This document shows, piece after piece, positions 17,245 to 27,186 of a stretch of 64,000 nucleotides of DNA. The position numbers were made by a program, and so were the translations under genes. Below the pieces are notes generated by a model. The model was given only the letters and a program-made list of their open reading frames with translations, did no database searches and had not been told where the DNA came from. Numbering within the stretch: the first letter of the stretch is position 1; every line of letters begins with the position of its first letter. Source of the DNA: a virus; IMG/VR virus record IMGVR_UViG_2716884766_000001, positions 124,504 through 188,503 of that record. One strand, given 5' to 3'.

Positions 17245-18359
17245 TCCTCAAATGGATTGAACTCCATGTAGTTAGTAAAATCTACTTGTATTGGTTCTAA
17301 CTCACCCTCAAGTTGGTGAAGAACATAAACCTCACTTGCCAAACTATGAACACCTTTGAATGGAAAATCAACTGTCCATCCAGTAGCTTTTAACTTACCA
17401 TTGATAACTTCCTCAGCATGTGTTTTGTAACTCTCGTATGCTAGGTTACAGTATTCAACTACTTTAAAAAATAAATCATCTCGATCATTTTTTACACCCA
17501 GAGCAGTTCCTTTTTTAGATTGAACAATTATTTTACAAATGTACCCTCCTGCTTCTGCTTCCCAAAAATGACGAAGCATATCCCAAGCATATCTCTTGTT
17601 AAAATTGCTATCCGCAACCATTGTTAATAGTTTTACACCATTTTTATCAGTTGTATTACTACCGAATGGATTATCTTCCCTACTTATGAAGTCCTTAAGT
17701 TCTTCTTCTGTAGAATTTTCTGTCATTCTTGTGGGTTCATCACCCCATTTAGTAATGGCATTTTCTATAGTAGTAATAGCACCAATGTAATTGTATCTAT
17801 TATTAACCCCACATAGTTCAAGAAGTTCTCTTACTATTTTGATGTTAGTGTGATCAAGGTTGTTATCCTGACACACTCTTACCACAACAAAAACAAAATG
17901 ATCTTGGACAGCGTTAGTTGTACCGTCATTGGCATTTATATAAAGACCCGCCATAATTATTTTTGATTCGGGTGTTAAGAAACTATACTTATGTCCTTCT
18001 GCTTCAACATACTCAGCACCAGGTACGTCTGGGATTGCTAACTGACTAACAGCAGCATGAGAATGTCTACGGTCAATTAATGTTTTTAATTTCAGTTGAG
18101 TTAAAGCAATGAAAGGAAATGGCCACTTTGTTAAGTCCCATCCTCCTGCGTTAAAGGAAGCATTAAGAGCATGAACATTTCCTTTTTCTTTTGCTGTTCC
18201 TCTCGCTCCGTTGTCTCTGACAACTAGATATTTTGTTTTCTCTAATGAAAATCTTATGAATTTTAGTAGTGGAAAATCTATAAGTGGATCATCGAACTTA
18301 TCTAATTTCGACTTGACATCCTCTACCGTTAGGTTTTCAAACCTTACTTTTCTAGCCAT
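17235..18359 (-). CDS. Hypothetical protein, possibly with a ParB/Srx-like N-terminal domain
   Basis: Likely start MARKVRF at 18359 (374 aa); LIDRRHSHAA resembles the ParB-like hhDGxHR motif; A/T-run-rich coding. Confidence 0.6.
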   Translation of the reverse strand: MARKVRFENLTVEDVKSKLDKFDDPLIDFPLLKFIRFSLEKTKYLVVRDNGARGTAKEKGNVHALNASFNAGGWDLTKWPFPFIALTQLKLKTLIDRRHSHAAVSQLAIPDVPGAEYVEAEGHKYSFLTPESKIIMAGLYINANDGTTNAVQDHFVFVVVRVCQDNNLDHTNIKIVRELLELCGVNNRYNYIGAITTIENAITKWGDEPTRMTENSTEEELKDFISREDNPFGSNTTDKNGVKLLTMVADSNFNKRYAWDMLRHFWEAEAGGYICKIIVQSKKGTALGVKNDRDDLFFKVVEYCNLAYESYKTHAEEVINGKLKATGWTVDFPFKGVHSLASEVYVLHQLEGELEPIQVDFTNYMEFNPFEEEG

Positions 18360-18422
18360 TTTTAAATTGATTAAATACGATCCCTGTAAAAACAACGATC
18401 AATGTACATTATATAGTATACC

Positions 18423-18983
18423 TTAGTCTTCTACTTTTGTCCACCCCTTATATCCATTTGGACATCGAGTACCTCTAATCACTTCCCAAAGATTAGCTCC
18501 ATTTAAACTATGTTTTTTAGCAAAAGGATAGATGCCTTTGGCAGTATAAATTTTTCCATTTGGATCTCTTACCTTAAAGTCTATTGACTTTGTTACTGCT
18601 GCCTTTCTTTGGTTGGCAAGTCTTTTTTCACGGGACATTTTGTGGAAGTGATGTGTACCATTAGCAAATTTTTCTTTAGCACTTTTAGAAATTGCTTCAG
18701 GATCTATGTGACCTGCTACGTTTTTATTAATACACTTGTCCTTTCCAAATTTTTTCCACCCTTCCCTGATAAAAATTGTTTCTTTAGCGGTTAAGTCTGC
18801 GTAAGAAATATCAGAGCTCTCGAAAAGAATATGTTTTTCTTTTTTCATCTCCCATAAAGGTTTATTCATTTTACCAGGAGATCCCCAGTAATCTACATCA
18901 TCCTTTGCGGGCACTTTTGATTTACGAGATCCAATATAAAATCTACCGTCCTCAAATTTAATCATATAGAGATAATAATACAT
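18423..18983 (-). mobile_element. Free-standing GIY-YIG homing endonuclease (Seg-like)
   Basis: YYLYMI...FYIGSR...YWGS...KETIFI...CINKN catalytic pattern; C-terminal NUMOD1/IENR1-like FAKKHSLNGANLWEVIRG...YKGW. Confidence 0.8.
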
Positions 18984-18984
18984 A

Positions 18985-19998
18985 TCAGAATGTCAATTTC
19001 ACTGTCTTCATTCTATCTATGTACCTACTAATGTATGGTTCTTGAAGGTAAGGTTGATAAGGTTTCCGAGTCAAAGTATAACATAGGTACGTGTAATCAA
19101 ACTGATACCTATGACATAAACGATTGCTAGTATCACCTAGTCTTCTATGTTGTACTATACTGTTGTCAAATATTAATAGGTCATCATCATTCTCCCACCA
19201 ATAATCATAGGTATACTTATCGAGACCCCATCTTATTTCGTTCAGTAGTCTTACTGATTCTTCTATAGGATAGTCCTTGATACGTGTGGTTGTATTGTAT
19301 GGGAAGTGTAGTCCTTTAATACCACCAGGTGATTGTATGACTAGAGGTATCTCAGTGTCTGGTTCGGGACACATGTTCTTGTACAATAAATTATTCTCAC
19401 CTTCTACGTTTATCTTTCCATCTTGGAAGTTATGGACGAGCACCATCTCATCCAGTTCACTACGCATACTTTCACTGAGGCTATAGTAGTAGGGTGTAGT
19501 GACCATGAATCCAGTAGCACTTTCCGTCATTCCATGATCCCCAAGGAGTGCTACGCCTGGCGTAAAGGCTATGTCACCACTCTCGTTGCTATGCCATAGT
19601 AGCTCTCCATGAGCAAATAGCCCTGTGCCATCACCACAAACTCTCAGGACGGCACCGCTTGTGTTGCCACCTATCTTATCGTATTCTTTTAGTATTGCTT
19701 TCTCATGGTCAGTCACCTCTGGACTATCCATAAGTTTATGTCTATCTTTATTTGCCCATGGATACTTAGCAAAGAGAGTAGCAGCATAGTTCTGTCTATC
19801 TCTCCCCCATATCTTCATTAACTTATGAAAGTGCTGCCTCTTGAGTCCAGTGTTACGTATAACCATAACAGGTTTCTTCATATGAAGCATGCCAAGTTCC
19901 TTCCACTCCTCTCTAGTGAGGTGTTGGAAGTCTATACCATCTACAAAGACACCATAACCTTCTAGGTTAGGTATATCACTAAGTCTTTTTCTTCCCAA
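18985..19998 (-). CDS. TauD/TfdA-family dioxygenase
   Basis: PVMVIRN, GELLWHSNES, WENDDDLLIFDNSIVQHRR, RLCHR. Confidence 0.8.
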   Translation of the reverse strand: MGRKRLSDIPNLEGYGVFVDGIDFQHLTREEWKELGMLHMKKPVMVIRNTGLKRQHFHKLMKIWGRDRQNYAATLFAKYPWANKDRHKLMDSPEVTDHEKAILKEYDKIGGNTSGAVLRVCGDGTGLFAHGELLWHSNESGDIAFTPGVALLGDHGMTESATGFMVTTPYYYSLSESMRSELDEMVLVHNFQDGKINVEGENNLLYKNMCPEPDTEIPLVIQSPGGIKGLHFPYNTTTRIKDYPIEESVRLLNEIRWGLDKYTYDYWWENDDDLLIFDNSIVQHRRLGDTSNRLCHRYQFDYTYLCYTLTRKPYQPYLQEPYISRYIDRMKTVKLTF

Positions 19999-20404
19999 TA
20001 TTATACTTACTCTCTAAGTTCCAACCACCCTTGTCCTTATAACTTAGGACTTTGATCTGGCTAAGAGGTGCTACATCTACAATAGTATCTGGTTGCTTGA
20101 TAGTAATTAAACCCCAGTCACTTAGTAACTGTATGATTCTATTGCGACGTTGTACATCATTGAGTGATAAGTTTGCTGACTTACCATCCAATGCGAACAG
20201 TTCTTTAAAGTGTACGATATAATACTTGCCTTGCTTATGAAGTATGTGACAGGACTGGTATAACTTCTTCTCTTTTCTAGAAGCTACTCCTATCCTAGTT
20301 AATGTTTCTCTTACCTTTAAAAAATCATCTGGTTCACTCAAGTTTACTTCTACCATTTGATCAGGACTCCATTTGACTTCCTGCTCAGTGAATGAAGTGC
20401 TCAT
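19979..20404 (-). CDS. regA: Translational repressor
   Basis: PDDFLKVRETLTRIGVASRKEKKLYQSCHILHKQGKYYIVHFKELF. Confidence 0.97.
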   Translation of the reverse strand: MSTSFTEQEVKWSPDQMVEVNLSEPDDFLKVRETLTRIGVASRKEKKLYQSCHILHKQGKYYIVHFKELFALDGKSANLSLNDVQRRNRIIQLLSDWGLITIKQPDTIVDVAPLSQIKVLSYKDKGGWNLESKYNIGKKKT

Positions 20405-20793
20405 CGTCTTCCTCCCTTCTCATGTTTTTTACGAATGTATTCAATTTGGGTGTTGGTAAGAAGAGTTAATGCGACCCTCGCTTTCTCATTACTATATCCA
20501 TAGTGTGTTTTGACCAGATCCAAGTCATCGACTTGTTCTTTCTTCAACCAAGGTGTGAAACGTTTACGTTTTCTCAAACTATTTAGCAAGAAGTCATATT
20601 GAAGACGCTTGTCTAGGAGGGGGTACTTATTTACTTCATTAGCAAATAGGATCGCATCAATGTGTCCACTGAGACATCTGTTGACAATGTAAGGAGGATA
20701 AGATTTAACACGGTCAGGATCATCAAGATACAAATGCTCTTTGGTATTGTTGATAGACGCGAGAATTTCTGAAAGATCACTACTCATAACCAA
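20401..20793 (-). CDS. gp62: Clamp loader small subunit
   Basis: YPPYIVNRCLSG..D.ILFANE.N...QYDFLLNSLRKRKRF. Confidence 0.92.
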   Translation of the reverse strand: MVMSSDLSEILASINNTKEHLYLDDPDRVKSYPPYIVNRCLSGHIDAILFANEVNKYPLLDKRLQYDFLLNSLRKRKRFTPWLKKEQVDDLDLVKTHYGYSNEKARVALTLLTNTQIEYIRKKHEKGGRR

Positions 20794-21284
20794 TTCGGTT
20801 TACGGGATGGGTCACGAAGATAATTAGATGCAACCCAAGGTTTGCTGCCAATGTAATTCTTGTAAGCAGTAAAAGTGTCAATGCTTGTGTCATATTTAAA
20901 CCGTTCGGGCATTGCTCTGGTATAGCTCGTAGGGATATCATTGTTGTTAGGGAATATTATATTAGCATGAAGCATAGTATGTTGACAACTATGTACCTTG
21001 TTGTATCTATGTGTGTACTCAGCACACAAGGCAAGACCATGCTTGATCAACCAACGGAAGTTAGTCTGTGCCCAGATAGTACATGGGTGGTTACGGAACG
21101 CACCCTTCTCTGTCTTGTATGGTTCACCATTGAGTTTAGGTAAGTCACCGAAACCATGACCCCACTTGCTAGACGCTACGATAGATAACATCTGACATGT
21201 TTCTAGTGGCATCTTGACAATATGTTTGTCAGGTAATACCTGAGCAGACTTGATAGGGTCAGGGTCGGTAACAAATATATTCAT
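20784..21284 (-). CDS. Pyrimidine dimer DNA glycosylase/endonuclease V-like protein
   Basis: MNIF..DPDP..SAQ.LPDKHIVKMPLETCQMLS...HPCTIWA...LCAEYT.RY.KVH. Confidence 0.85.
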   Translation of the reverse strand: MNIFVTDPDPIKSAQVLPDKHIVKMPLETCQMLSIVASSKWGHGFGDLPKLNGEPYKTEKGAFRNHPCTIWAQTNFRWLIKHGLALCAEYTHRYNKVHSCQHTMLHANIIFPNNNDIPTSYTRAMPERFKYDTSIDTFTAYKNYIGSKPWVASNYLRDPSRKPNWL

Positions 21285-21904
21285 AGTATAGGAGGATTCT
21301 TAGCGTATGCTTTATAGTCAGGAGTAATGTTCATAGTCAGAGTCAATCTCCTGTCGTTAGTATCATTATAACCTGTTTTGTGGCGAAGCCAAGAGGGGAA
21401 GAACACAACGTCACCTTCTGAAACACTGATCCTTCTCCAAGGATGATTGCCACTGATAGGTTCTGCTGCTCTTACTGCTGTCATGGGATCATAGATCCAT
21501 AAGTCACCAGAGTTCTCTGGTTTGAGGATGTATGCTGTACATGTGAGACCCACACCATGATGATGCTCGTCAGTATAGTCCCATTGATAATGTTCATTAT
21601 ACCATGAGTTAGATATGTAGTGTGGGTATCCTTCATACCTCCATGCTGTACGTAGATACTGCATCTTCTGTCTTAACCATACCACATACTTAGAGTTCAC
21701 TTCCAAGTTATGTGGAAAGTGATTGCTAGGTTCTAGTATATTAAACAGGTCAGCAGTAGACTTACCACCTTCTTCTAGTGCTGATTCAATATCATACTTG
21801 TCAACCATGTCAAACAATTCATCAGCAGTTTTGATCTGTTCTGATGTATTAAACTTGAAGGTGTCTTTGTATACAACAGGTGCTGAGATGTTGATAGGTT
21901 TCAT
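21281..21904 (-). CDS. Putative 2OG-Fe(II) oxygenase (TIGR02466-like)
   Basis: SWYNEH...EHHH...EGDVVFFPSWLRHKT..RLTLTMN. Confidence 0.85.
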   Translation of the reverse strand: MKPINISAPVVYKDTFKFNTSEQIKTADELFDMVDKYDIESALEEGGKSTADLFNILEPSNHFPHNLEVNSKYVVWLRQKMQYLRTAWRYEGYPHYISNSWYNEHYQWDYTDEHHHGVGLTCTAYILKPENSGDLWIYDPMTAVRAAEPISGNHPWRRISVSEGDVVFFPSWLRHKTGYNDTNDRRLTLTMNITPDYKAYAKNPPIL

Positions 21905-22116
21905 GTAATTATTCTTCTGGGTCCGTTGACACCTGTGCGGTGTTGATTGATTTCATAGATCGCTACTGATCCAGACTCCAGAGTGACATGTATCTCGTCA
22001 CCCTGTATTAATGCTTGTACAGCACCCCTAGCAAAATTAGTAAGGACACCTCTGCGTGTATGATATAGAGAACAGATTCCGTTCTTGACTCTGACTCCTA
22101 AGCTTCCTTCTGACAT
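21901..22116 (-). CDS. Small hypothetical protein
   Basis: 71 aa, overlap-coupled to neighbours. Confidence 0.65.
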   Translation of the reverse strand: MSEGSLGVRVKNGICSLYHTRRGVLTNFARGAVQALIQGDEIHVTLESGSVAIYEINQHRTGVNGPRRIIT

Positions 22117-22955
22117 GAGTAGTTCGTAAGTAAAAGTTCGCGTCTCCCCTGTTGATTCTTCATGTAATCACCAGTGGATCTCATAGTATAAGTATGATCC
22201 CAATCATACGAATGCCATTCCCAAAAACGATCAACGATCTTCTTTGAGTTATTATATGATATCATAACATTACCCATTGTGTCATCCATTGTGTCAGCAA
22301 ATCGTGTATGATCGAATCCTTTATGTAGTTTACCCTTCTCACCATATAGATTATCTTTGATACTGTATGGAGGATCAGCATAGATGAATGTATTGTCATC
22401 ACATGTAAGAGAACCTATTCTACCTAGACAATCTTCTACTAGATCAGCATAGTCTACACATGTTATCTTCCACTCACGTATCAGTTCACAGTAAGCAGGA
22501 AGTTTTTCTATTCCACGCATCGTCCAGTTGTTATCTGATGCTTGAGGAGAGAATGATGATGACTCAGTTAGACCTGAGAAACTACACTTGTTAATAACAT
22601 AAAACTTAACTGCTCTCTCAAGATCAGTACCATCTTTGAGACTATCTTTGTAGTCATCAAATAATTCTCTTGCCTTATCAGGAGTATCATATTCTTCTTT
22701 TAGATCTTTTAGATCTGATGTCAACTCTTCTCCATCCTGTTGTAGTTGTACCCAGAAATTATAGAGTGGTTCATACATATCGTTGACCCAGATAGGTAGA
22801 TCTGGAAATTGTTTTGTCATAGCAATAGCAAAGCTACCACCACCCAGAAAAGGTTCACGAAACTCTGTGATATGTTCTGGTAAGAATTGGAATAGTTTTG
22901 ATACTGCTCTGGATTTACCGCCAGGATAACGCAGTGGTGTCTTCAAAGATTTCAT
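22098..22955 (-). CDS. dam: DNA adenine methyltransferase (Dam/D12 class)
   Basis: LRYPGGKSR, REPFLGGGS, DPPY. Confidence 0.92.
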   Translation of the reverse strand: MKSLKTPLRYPGGKSRAVSKLFQFLPEHITEFREPFLGGGSFAIAMTKQFPDLPIWVNDMYEPLYNFWVQLQQDGEELTSDLKDLKEEYDTPDKARELFDDYKDSLKDGTDLERAVKFYVINKCSFSGLTESSSFSPQASDNNWTMRGIEKLPAYCELIREWKITCVDYADLVEDCLGRIGSLTCDDNTFIYADPPYSIKDNLYGEKGKLHKGFDHTRFADTMDDTMGNVMISYNNSKKIVDRFWEWHSYDWDHTYTMRSTGDYMKNQQGRRELLLTNYSCQKEA

Positions 22956-23452
22956 AAGTAAGTTGCGACTAAAACGACACGTCTTGTTCCGTTACATGGT
23001 TGTTCGATACTATGTAACCCTTCAAATATTATTATATCATCTTCTTGTGGATTATGCGACTCCCCTTCAACATTTGTAGCACCACACTCAAATTGATTTA
23101 GATATACTACTATGTTATGTGTATCAAAATCATGATCCATATGTACAGGTGTAGTATTACCATCCGTTTCATGTGTACAGTTAACATTGATCCTGAGCAC
23201 ACTCTTGACCTTGATATTATTTGCCATAAAGATCTCTAAGAGAACCTTGTTAGCAATGTTCAACCAGTCTGATTGTTGAGTAGGCATGAGTGACTCCTCA
23301 TAGCCAGGTCTTGCCAGTATAGTATGACTATAGTATGCGGGACTTGCTTTATCTCCATGAAAATAATTCCAAGGGAAGGCACTACTATTAACATCACTCT
23401 TGAACCTACGATAGGTTTGTGTTAGAGGATTATCTATTACTTGAATTGACAT
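22952..23452 (-). CDS. Putative 2OG-Fe(II) oxygenase-like protein
   Basis: PVHMDHD...IVVYLN...IIFEGLHS...RRVVLV. Confidence 0.75.
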   Translation of the reverse strand: MSIQVIDNPLTQTYRRFKSDVNSSAFPWNYFHGDKASPAYYSHTILARPGYEESLMPTQQSDWLNIANKVLLEIFMANNIKVKSVLRINVNCTHETDGNTTPVHMDHDFDTHNIVVYLNQFECGATNVEGESHNPQEDDIIIFEGLHSIEQPCNGTRRVVLVATYL

Positions 23453-24378
23453 TCTACCATGATCTCCGTGAGTGCTGCTAGTAGATTGATCTCTTGATCA
23501 GCAACAAATGCTATCTGATACTGATACTTTGCGATGACCAATACAGCAGAGGGTATACTACTTGGTTCTAATTTCTCATACAGTGAGTCATATAGATTAC
23601 GTAGTATAATATTAGGATCGTTGTCAAGATTATCAACAACCCATTTCCTAACACTACCATAATCTTTTCTTGATAGAAAGTCAACTAACTGATCAATGTT
23701 AGTATCAATCATGGCAGCAAGGATACCTGTGTCAATGTTTCCAGAGGTAGAATATCTCTGTAGTTCATTGAGTACACGTCTCCAATCAGGGAAGTATCTC
23801 TGAATCAATTCTGCTATAACTTTCTTCTCATATGCTATCCCTTCTTCTTCTAATATAGTATTCAACCTACCAAAGAATGATGCCATGATCTGTTGCTTTT
23901 CATTCTTCTGAATCTGAAAATCTATACAACTACATCTTGAGTGTATAGGTTCTATTATCTTATTCTTGAAGTTACAAGTGAATATGAACGAACAAGTCTT
24001 ATGAAATTCCTCAATGAATCCACGGAGGAGAAGTTGTACGTCGTGAGTGGTATTGTCTGCCTCATCAATAATAATGACCTTGCGTGAGGATCCACCCAAG
24101 AGGGAAACAGTTGATGCAAAGTTTTTCGCTTGACTCCTGACGGTATCAAGGAACCTGCCTTCGTCAGATCCGTTAATAACATAACTGTCTACTCCTAATT
24201 GTTTACATAAAGCTTTTGCTACGGTAGTCTTACCGATCCCTGCTGTTCCAGACAGCAATAGATTAGGTACCTGACCCTGATCTACTATCTGTTGGAAGGT
24301 ATCCTTAATACGTGAGGGTAGGATACAATCTTCAATCTTCTGTGGACGATATTTCTCGACCCAAAGAAATTCACTCAT
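23437..24378 (-). CDS. gp44: Clamp loader large subunit (RFC-like AAA+)
   Basis: WVEKYRP, GTAGIGKTT, IIDEAD, SRC. Confidence 0.97.
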   Translation of the reverse strand: MSEFLWVEKYRPQKIEDCILPSRIKDTFQQIVDQGQVPNLLLSGTAGIGKTTVAKALCKQLGVDSYVINGSDEGRFLDTVRSQAKNFASTVSLLGGSSRKVIIIDEADNTTHDVQLLLRGFIEEFHKTCSFIFTCNFKNKIIEPIHSRCSCIDFQIQKNEKQQIMASFFGRLNTILEEEGIAYEKKVIAELIQRYFPDWRRVLNELQRYSTSGNIDTGILAAMIDTNIDQLVDFLSRKDYGSVRKWVVDNLDNDPNIILRNLYDSLYEKLEPSSIPSAVLVIAKYQYQIAFVADQEINLLAALTEIMVECQFK

Positions 24379-24950
24379 GATAAAACCGTGTTAATTAAGA
24401 TCCGAGTTTGATGCTCGGAGGGGGAGTATCCTGTATGGAGATAGTTCCCATCAAATAGTACCATACGTCCTGCCTTGGGAGCAACCCTCTCCTTAATAGG
24501 GAGGTTGTTTGTCTCAAGATATGTTTCTGCCCACTTAGTTTTGTGGTCATAGATTACTGTGTCTCCATCACTGTCATTAACATATACTATACACGCTACG
24601 TGCGGTTGATCTATGTCAATGTGAGGAGGATGTAAGTATCTATCGTGTAGAACTGTCATGTCTAGTCTACACCTCAGAATGTGATCTGCCTTTGCTATAT
24701 CTTTGATACGATATATCAGAGGTTGTATCAGTGTTGCTATAGGAGTCTCTTCAAACTTATCTGGTTGCCATGGTGGTACTAAACCAATAGAAAAACCGAA
24801 GTCTTCTATCAAAGCATTGTCATATTCAGAAAGAGATTGCGACCCTTGAAAGTACCATGGGGTACTAGCAGGATCACACGCACTCTGTATAGCTTCTAGG
24901 TATGATGGCGATACGAAATCATCGTAGATCGCTAGATCAATTTTCCTCAT
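24375..24950 (-). CDS. Putative 2OG-Fe(II) oxygenase
   Basis: PPHIDID..H..IVYVNDSDGDT...PKAGRMVLFDGNYLHTG..RILIN. Confidence 0.85.
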   Translation of the reverse strand: MRKIDLAIYDDFVSPSYLEAIQSACDPASTPWYFQGSQSLSEYDNALIEDFGFSIGLVPPWQPDKFEETPIATLIQPLIYRIKDIAKADHILRCRLDMTVLHDRYLHPPHIDIDQPHVACIVYVNDSDGDTVIYDHKTKWAETYLETNNLPIKERVAPKAGRMVLFDGNYLHTGYSPSEHQTRILINTVLS

Positions 24951-25644
24951 AGGTTGAGTCAGGTTCTAGAGCGATAAGGTATACAACTCCATCGGATGAT
25001 ACCCACTGACTAGCACCAGACTTACTGATCCTCACATTGTAACCTGTGTTAGCGTTACTATAATCTAGTTTAAATATATTTTCTGACTTAAGGTTGAAAG
25101 AGAATGAAGCATCAGTATTACCTACACCTATAGAGTATGTGTTAGAGGATGCGTTCTCTCTGTCTCTGATCTCAACAGATACAGTTCCATTCTTACCTAC
25201 GATAGCAATGTCTTCTAGATGACCATAGATTGATAGAGCAGTTCTAATTCTATTAAGATCACCAATACTTAAATCAAACTCACATTCTATACTAGGCAAC
25301 TCTGGAAACTCAGCAGGAGGTTGCTGTACGATAGAAGGATCAGCAAAGAAATATTTTGCCTGTGTTCTATCTGTCTTGACAGTAACGTATGCTTCATTGT
25401 CAAAGATAAGATCTCCTTGGTTATCAGTAAGACTCATAACTTTAAGGAACTCGTCTAGATCATAGATAGCAAAATCCTGTGGGAATGTTTCCTCAACAGG
25501 TGTCTTAGCAAGAACGTTCTTTTGTATTGATAAAGAAGATAGTTCATTACCTTCTTTAAATTGAATCGACCTGTTGATCTTAGACATATTGGTCAAGATT
25601 CTAATGGTACGATCAGATAATTTCATTGGTGTTTGTGTGCTCAC
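24937..25644 (-). CDS. gp45: Sliding clamp
   Basis: MKLSDRT..IL.N..IN.SI, FAIYDLDEFL, YFFADPS, YLIALEPDS. Confidence 0.95.
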   Translation of the reverse strand: MSTQTPMKLSDRTIRILTNMSKINRSIQFKEGNELSSLSIQKNVLAKTPVEETFPQDFAIYDLDEFLKVMSLTDNQGDLIFDNEAYVTVKTDRTQAKYFFADPSIVQQPPAEFPELPSIECEFDLSIGDLNRIRTALSIYGHLEDIAIVGKNGTVSVEIRDRENASSNTYSIGVGNTDASFSFNLKSENIFKLDYSNANTGYNVRISKSGASQWVSSDGVVYLIALEPDSTYEEN

Positions 25645-25987
25645 GTTTTCTAGAAAAATGATATAGTAGGACGCAGTAATGAATTGCCTTTAAGATGTCA
25701 CTCTCTGGAAATCCTTTCTTATCATATCGTGCCAGATACTTAATAGCATTTGAACGACAGAACGCAGGAGCGTCACCCACTGCGTCAATAAGATCTAATG
25801 TTTGTATGCCATCAGCACTTGAATAGTGTTTAGCATATGTACTCCTGATATAGTCAACAGCACTGCTGAGGATTTCATCCTCATTGTACTTACAGGGAAC
25901 AGGAGGAGATTTACTCTCCACCTGTTTCTCGAAACTATTCATAGAGTCTGCCAAAAGTTCACTTGCTGATTTTAACTCATGTTCCAT
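25613..25987 (-). CDS. DUF3310-like protein
   Basis: YIRSTYAKHY...QTLDLI...FCRSNAIKYLARYDKKG..DILKAIHY; start uncertain. Confidence 0.75.
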   Translation of the reverse strand: MEHELKSASELLADSMNSFEKQVESKSPPVPCKYNEDEILSSAVDYIRSTYAKHYSSADGIQTLDLIDAVGDAPAFCRSNAIKYLARYDKKGFPESDILKAIHYCVLLYHFSRKREHTNTNEII

Positions 25988-26014
25988 GTTACTCTGTTTC
26001 CTTTCCTTTGTCAA
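25986..26014 (-). promoter_or_regulatory. Probable sigma70 promoter at the end of cobS
   Basis: TTGACA (26014-26009), 17 nt, TAACAT (25991-25986). Confidence 0.45.
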
Positions 26015-27101
26015 CCTCGAACTCTACATCAGCATCAACCTTGTCATATAACTCAGAGAACGCTTGCTTTGTCTCGTCATCAAATCTGTTGATACATGTA
26101 GATATAGCTTTTGCTTTATCGTTAAAGATTGAGTATGCTTTAGCGATGTGTACGAGTCTACGTGTACTGATAACCTCGTCAATACCACCATCCTTGAATG
26201 TTCTACGGATGATGTCTGCCCAATCACATAGGTGCTTGATGTAGTTCTTGTCTTCACAGTGGAAGGCAAGTATCTTTGCTTCGGTTACAGGTGTAGGATA
26301 CTCCTGCTCGAATGTGATAGGGAATCTCTCAAGGAATGCTTCGTTCAATACGTTAGTACCTACGAATCTTCCGTCATCAGATCCTTTACCTTTTGTGTTA
26401 GCAGTAGCGATCACTGTGAATCCTGCTGCGGGTCTTACATACCTACCGATCTTCTTAAGGAAGACACCCTTGCCTTCTAAGATAGATTGTAGACATAGTA
26501 CCTTGTTAGATGCTAGGTCAACCTCGTCTAGTAATAGAACAGCACCCTTCTCAAGTGCTTCTATGACAGGACCGTTATGCCAAACAGTGTCCCCATCAAC
26601 AAGACGAAAACCACCAATAAGATCATCCTCATCAGTTTCAATAGTAATGTTTACACGGATTAACTCACGATTCAACTGAGCACATGCTTGCTCAACTGAG
26701 TAAGTCTTACCGTTACCAGATAGACCAGTGATAAACATAGGGTAGAACTGCTTAGATCTCAAGACTTTCTTGACATCGTTGAAGTTACCGAATGGTACGA
26801 ACTCAGCGTCCTTAACTGGAACTAAGTTCTGTGTGACTCCCTGCTCTGTTTTTAGTGTAGCACATGTTTGAGGAGTTGTCGATGGTGACGCAACAAATGT
26901 GTCTTCTAGTGCTTGTCTTTGTGAAGCAAGAGACGCTAGGTTCCACTGACCTTTAGTGTTAGGTACTTTATATTTTTTGAGTTGCTTTGCGATAGTAGAG
27001 TAACGGATACCTACCTCTGCGATGTACTCATTGACTTGAGCAGATGATACGTTGTTACCGTAACGTGCTTGAAGTTCTTGTGCTCTGTTTTTAGAAGACA
27101 T
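25989..27101 (-). CDS. cobS: CobS/MoxR-type AAA+ ATPase
   Basis: GLSGNGKT, LLDEVDL, ATANTKGKG, NEAFLERF. Confidence 0.9.
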   Translation of the reverse strand: MSSKNRAQELQARYGNNVSSAQVNEYIAEVGIRYSTIAKQLKKYKVPNTKGQWNLASLASQRQALEDTFVASPSTTPQTCATLKTEQGVTQNLVPVKDAEFVPFGNFNDVKKVLRSKQFYPMFITGLSGNGKTYSVEQACAQLNRELIRVNITIETDEDDLIGGFRLVDGDTVWHNGPVIEALEKGAVLLLDEVDLASNKVLCLQSILEGKGVFLKKIGRYVRPAAGFTVIATANTKGKGSDDGRFVGTNVLNEAFLERFPITFEQEYPTPVTEAKILAFHCEDKNYIKHLCDWADIIRRTFKDGGIDEVISTRRLVHIAKAYSIFNDKAKAISTCINRFDDETKQAFSELYDKVDADVEFEVDKGKETE

Positions 27102-27129
27102 AATACTGTGTGAATTGCTTATGTATTAA

Positions 27130-27186
27130 TAATATAGCCTCAAGCACTACTTGTGAAGCTATTGTGGACACTTATTTTATTGTCAC
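27130..27186 (-). promoter_or_regulatory. Early promoter with upstream AAGTGTCCAC motif (cobS)
   Basis: GTGACA...AAGTGTCCAC, then TTCACA-17-TATTAT. Confidence 0.5.
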
